Shown here piece by piece: positions 60,530-64,000 of a stretch of DNA of 64,000 nucleotides. A model generated the notes under the pieces. The model had not been told where the DNA came from, did no database searches, and saw nothing but the letters and a program-made list of their open reading frames with translations. How positions within the stretch are numbered: position 1 is the stretch's first letter; the number at the start of each line of letters is the position of its first letter. The DNA comes from Actinomycetota bacterium (lineage in GTDB: Bacteria > Actinomycetota > Actinomycetes > S36-B12), in NCBI GenBank assembly GCA_046046455.1, contig JBJOJS010000054.1, positions 31,434-95,433 on the forward strand. Reading direction: 5' to 3'. The position numbers and the translations under genes are program-made.

Positions 60530-62064
60530 CCCCGCACGGTGATGGGCCGCTTCACCACGGCCCTCTGTCCCTCCGAGGTGGCAGTGATCCGCAGCGTGCC
60601 CGACCTCGGCGGGCGCACGGATAGGGAGTAGCGTCCCTCGGCGCTGCTGCGGGTCGTCCCGAGGTCCCTCGTCTGCGACGTCGACGAGATCCACGTGATC
60701 GTCACGCGTGCCCCCGAGACTGCTCGGTCGCCTCGCAGCACCCTGCCGTAGACCTTCGTCGACTCACCCTTGCGGATCACGTCGTCGAAGATGACGCGGA
60801 CCTCGAGGGGTGGGGCGATCTTGCGGGCCATCTGGCTGTAGAAGCCGTCGAGCACGAAGCCGAACTCCCACACCGCGAGGCCGGCGATGCGCTGGTCCGT
60901 CACGATGTTGGCCTTGAGTTTCGCTGACCTCGTGTCGGCGAACCAGACTTCGCGCTCGGCATTGCACCTCGTCGGTGCACCGCCGGAGCTGCCGTCGGTG
61001 TCGATCCAGTACCGGAAGGTGTACTCCCCGTACGTCGCATCCCACGTGGGCACGACCCCCTCGCGAGCGGCGATCTCCTTCGCCCGGGCAAGGGATTGGC
61101 TGAGCATGCCCGGGACTCCTGCGGAGCCGGTCGCCGGCTTCCAGTCAGTGGGGCACCCACCGCGCGTGACGTAGGAGCCGTCCGAGCGTTGCCGCACCCA
61201 GTTGCGGGAGTACTGCGGGATCCCGAGCCAGACCTTCTTGCGGTACGAGGGTGTGTCATCAGCCACCTGCGCGAGGGCGGAGGCGCTCACGTCCCTGGCC
61301 CACGGCCACGGTCCGATCGGTCCGGGGGAGGTGTAGCTGTAGTCGTAGGCCATGAGCCGCAGGCGATCGACGTAAGCGATGATCTCGTCCCAGGCGTAGA
61401 CCCAGTAGCCCGTGCCCGGATTGGGCCTTCCATCGGAGAGGAAGGGGTAGGTGCCTGCAGGCACTGTCGCTGACAGCACGAGTCCCTCGGCGTGGAGCCG
61501 CGTCGCGAGCGTCCGGACGAAGGCCACCCATCGCGGCTTGGTCGTGGTCCACGTGTCGCGACCGTCGGCGAAGGCGAACTTCTCCCAGTCGAGGTCGACG
61601 CCGTCGAGCCCGGCCTTCGTGGCCCAGTCGACGATCTGAGCGGCGTACGCCGCGCGGTTGGTGTCGGTGGCGAGGTACGCGGAGAGTGCGCCCGCCGTCG
61701 AACCGTCGACGATGGAGCCAAGGACGGGGATTCCCGCACCTTTCAGGATGCGCCGCTGTCCGTCGAGGTGTGCGTTCGTCCACGGCGTCTCTCCGGAGGT
61801 CGAGCAGCTGCTGTCGGTGTTGTAGGTGCACAGGGGACGCTCCGCACTGGCGAAGCTCCACCAGAAGATGTGGACCTCGGGCACTGTGGACGCGCCCTTG
61901 TCCGCGAGGTCCTGGACCACGGAGTCCGGCTCCCAGTAGCCGAACCATCCGGAGACGTAGGGACCGGTGATCAGGCGAGGTGTCATCGCCTGCGCAGGCG
62001 CAGCGAGCACGATCCCCGCGATCAACGCCAGTGCCGTGCCCATGGCACCCGTGCGCAGACTCAT
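60526..62064 (-). CDS. Secreted glycoside hydrolase family 18 with a C-terminal beta domain
   Basis: Signal peptide (..AAPAQA); catalytic DGVDLDWE, MAYDY, LGIPQY and GLAVWEFG; TACCGT 6 nt before ATG 62064. Confidence 0.85.
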   Translation of the reverse strand: MSLRTGAMGTALALIAGIVLAAPAQAMTPRLITGPYVSGWFGYWEPDSVVQDLADKGASTVPEVHIFWWSFASAERPLCTYNTDSSCSTSGETPWTNAHLDGQRRILKGAGIPVLGSIVDGSTAGALSAYLATDTNRAAYAAQIVDWATKAGLDGVDLDWEKFAFADGRDTWTTTKPRWVAFVRTLATRLHAEGLVLSATVPAGTYPFLSDGRPNPGTGYWVYAWDEIIAYVDRLRLMAYDYSYTSPGPIGPWPWARDVSASALAQVADDTPSYRKKVWLGIPQYSRNWVRQRSDGSYVTRGGCPTDWKPATGSAGVPGMLSQSLARAKEIAAREGVVPTWDATYGEYTFRYWIDTDGSSGGAPTRCNAEREVWFADTRSAKLKANIVTDQRIAGLAVWEFGFVLDGFYSQMARKIAPPLEVRVIFDDVIRKGESTKVYGRVLRGDRAVSGARVTITWISSTSQTRDLGTTRSSAEGRYSLSVRPPRSGTLRITATSEGQRAVVKRPITVRG

Positions 62065-62125
62065 GACTCGACGGTACGCGTCACCCTCGTGGTGAGACCA
62101 CGTACCCACGGGATAGTGTCCGGAC

Positions 62126-63634
62126 ATGCTCTCGAAGTTCTCCGTCATCGTGGTGACAGCGATTGCGACATCTGCTGTCGCTCTCGTCGCGCCGTCATCG
62201 GGCACCGCCGCGACCGATCCCGGGGCGACGCAGCGGGTCACCTGGGTCACGTGCCCCTCCGACATGCCCGCCGGGGTGGAGTGCGGACGACTCGATGTGC
62301 CGATCGATTGGGCAATCCCCGATGATCCTCGGCGCGCATCGTTCGCCTTCGCCATCCATCGCGCCACAGGCGAACGGAAGGGCACGTACACCTTCAACCC
62401 GGGCGGCCCCGGCGTCAGCGGATTGGGTTACCTGCCGATCTGGCTCACGGGCAAGCCCTACGGGCCCTGGGCCGCTCTGCCGGCGGACATCCTCGAGCAC
62501 TTCGACGTCGTCGCCTGGGATCCGCGCGGCGTCGGTAACAGCACCCCGACACTGCAGGGATGCGAGGGGACAGCGACATACGGTGAGTTGCCCCAGGCGG
62601 GGCCGGTCGACTGGACTGCCGTGGCGACGACGTACGCCGAGTCGATGGCCGCCAGCCTGCAATCGTGCCTCGCAGCCAATCCTGATCTCGCTCCGTACCT
62701 GGGCACGCACTACGTCATCCGCGATCTCGAGGCCCTGCGCGCTGCGCTCAATGTCGGCCGGTGGACCTACAACGGCGTGAGCTACGGCACCACCGTGGGA
62801 ATGGCCTACGCGCGCCAGTACCCCTCGCGGGTGCGCGCCCTGGTGCTCGACGGCGTGGCACCGACGAACCAGACGCAGTTGCAGCAGGCATCGACGATGG
62901 CCTGGGCCTGGTCGACCGCACTGAGGGTCTTCGCGGGCACGGCGCCCGCCGGATTCAGTGACAAGCTCAATCGCGTGATCGCCGCGCTCGATGAGGGTCC
63001 CCTCGAAGTCGAAGGTGTGACGTACCCGAGATTCGCCACCGACTTCGTGGGCCTCGACTCCACCGTGTCCTCTGTGTGGGTTCAGCGGAACTTCCCGGAC
63101 CTACGCCGACTCTTCCAGGCACTGGACAGGGCAGCGCGCGAGCGTGGACCCGTCGTCGGTCCGGTGAGCCCCCGCCCCGCGCAGGAGGAGACGATCCCGT
63201 TCATCGTCAGCTTCGTGCTGTGCGCTGATCGACCCGATCGGCCCACGGTGCAGCAGGTGGCGGCGATCGCGGAGACGACATCGGCCGTGGGCTTGACCGC
63301 CGCGGGGACCAAAGCGATTGAGCGTGGGCTGTGGTGCTCAGGCCTGCCCTCCATCGGCGTCCCCCTCGATGCGTCGAGCACGCCGATCCGACTCGCGAAC
63401 TCGGCACTCGTCGTCAACGCGACGGGCGACCCCAAGACGCCCTGGCTGCGGGCACGCGTCGCAGCGAGCACCATCGCCGGCGCGCGCCTGCTCTCCTACG
63501 CGGGCACTCAGCATGCCGTCTATCGTCGGGTGGGGTCTCAGTGCATCGATGGAGCAGTCACGCGTTACCTCATGACCCTGCGCCTGCCGATCGGCGATGC
63601 GTCGTGCCCCTTCAGTGTGGCGCCCGCGCGCTGA
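62126..63634 (+). CDS. Secreted TAP-like alpha/beta hydrolase (peptidase S33-like)
   Basis: ECGRLDVPID, NPGGPG.SG, WDPRGVG, GVSYGT, LDG, GDPKTP and H...SQC. Confidence 0.88.
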   Translation: MLSKFSVIVVTAIATSAVALVAPSSGTAATDPGATQRVTWVTCPSDMPAGVECGRLDVPIDWAIPDDPRRASFAFAIHRATGERKGTYTFNPGGPGVSGLGYLPIWLTGKPYGPWAALPADILEHFDVVAWDPRGVGNSTPTLQGCEGTATYGELPQAGPVDWTAVATTYAESMAASLQSCLAANPDLAPYLGTHYVIRDLEALRAALNVGRWTYNGVSYGTTVGMAYARQYPSRVRALVLDGVAPTNQTQLQQASTMAWAWSTALRVFAGTAPAGFSDKLNRVIAALDEGPLEVEGVTYPRFATDFVGLDSTVSSVWVQRNFPDLRRLFQALDRAARERGPVVGPVSPRPAQEETIPFIVSFVLCADRPDRPTVQQVAAIAETTSAVGLTAAGTKAIERGLWCSGLPSIGVPLDASSTPIRLANSALVVNATGDPKTPWLRARVAASTIAGARLLSYAGTQHAVYRRVGSQCIDGAVTRYLMTLRLPIGDASCPFSVAPAR

Positions 63635-63798
63635 TCGCGGGAAAGCGGCTGGCCGCCGTGCTCGCCTGGCATCGGCCGGTGATGCACTTCGCGGGATTTG
63701 GACCGAGCCTCTTCGGGGGCATCTGCACTGCACGACGGGCACAGATGGTGGCACGCTCGGACGCGTCAAGCATCAGCCGAAACCACACAACGAAGGAG

Positions 63799-63871
63799 TG
63801 GCCCCGAGAGGATTCGAACCTCCGACACAAGGTTTAGGAAACCTCTGCTCTATCCCCTGAGCTACGGGGCC
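63799..63871 (-). tRNA. tRNA-Arg(CCT)
   Basis: GGCCCCGTAGCTCAGGGGATAGAGCAGAGGTTTCCTAAACCTTGTGTCGGAGGTTCGAATCCTCTCGGGGCCA; anticodon CCT; CCA not encoded. Confidence 0.95.
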
Positions 63872-64000
63872 GGGGCGCGTGTGTGCATCCGTTTTCATGT
63901 GCGTTTGCATGACCCACGCTTCGGCCAGTCACGGAGTCTATCGGGGGTATCGGACCTGACGATCGCGGGTTCGGGGCTTCGGATTCCGGGCGATGAGCCG

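Noticed and set aside
31410-63871. Pilus-to-tRNA region as an integrated genomic island at tRNA-Arg
   Set aside because: I saw no integrase, transposase or duplicated tRNA 3' end, and I cannot quantify a compositional shift by eye.

Overview
High-GC actinobacterial chromosome segment. From 1 to 31.4 kb it is a conserved core block: glgC; pstSCAB; mutT1, a CYTH-CHAD gene and ppk1; mshD and glnR; FABP, Fur and ygfZ; dtd; a frameshifted type II asparaginase; an XRE / HBHA-position / DUF2516 trio; alaX; gpmA; mshA; phoU divergent from senX3-regX3; carD-ispD-ispF; cysS-rlmB. PHO-box arrays and many leaderless promoters occur in this block. From 31.4 to 53.6 kb is a monoderm type IVa pilus locus: three minor pilins, pilMNO, two PilT-family ATPases, pilB, pilC and a major pilin. 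It is embedded with a motif-degenerate membrane GGDEF-EAL protein, a strongly divergent FliA/WhiG-like sigma factor with an extra N-terminal domain, a MinD/CpaE-like ATPase, a DUF4388-like protein and several unrecognised ORFs. The sigma-28-type -10 motif GCCGATAC (TCCGATAC at pilA) lies correctly oriented upstream of most transcription units of this locus, while the sigma operon itself has a housekeeping-type -10. This suggests a self-contained pilus regulon and is the best candidate for an undescribed system. From 53.6 to 64 kb: a cation/H+ antiporter, a DHA2 MFS transporter, a 1330-aa OtsA-OtsB-GH15 triple fusion, a secreted GH18, a TAP-like peptidase and tRNA-Arg(CCT). All calls are by-eye motif recognition; no database search or folding program was run.
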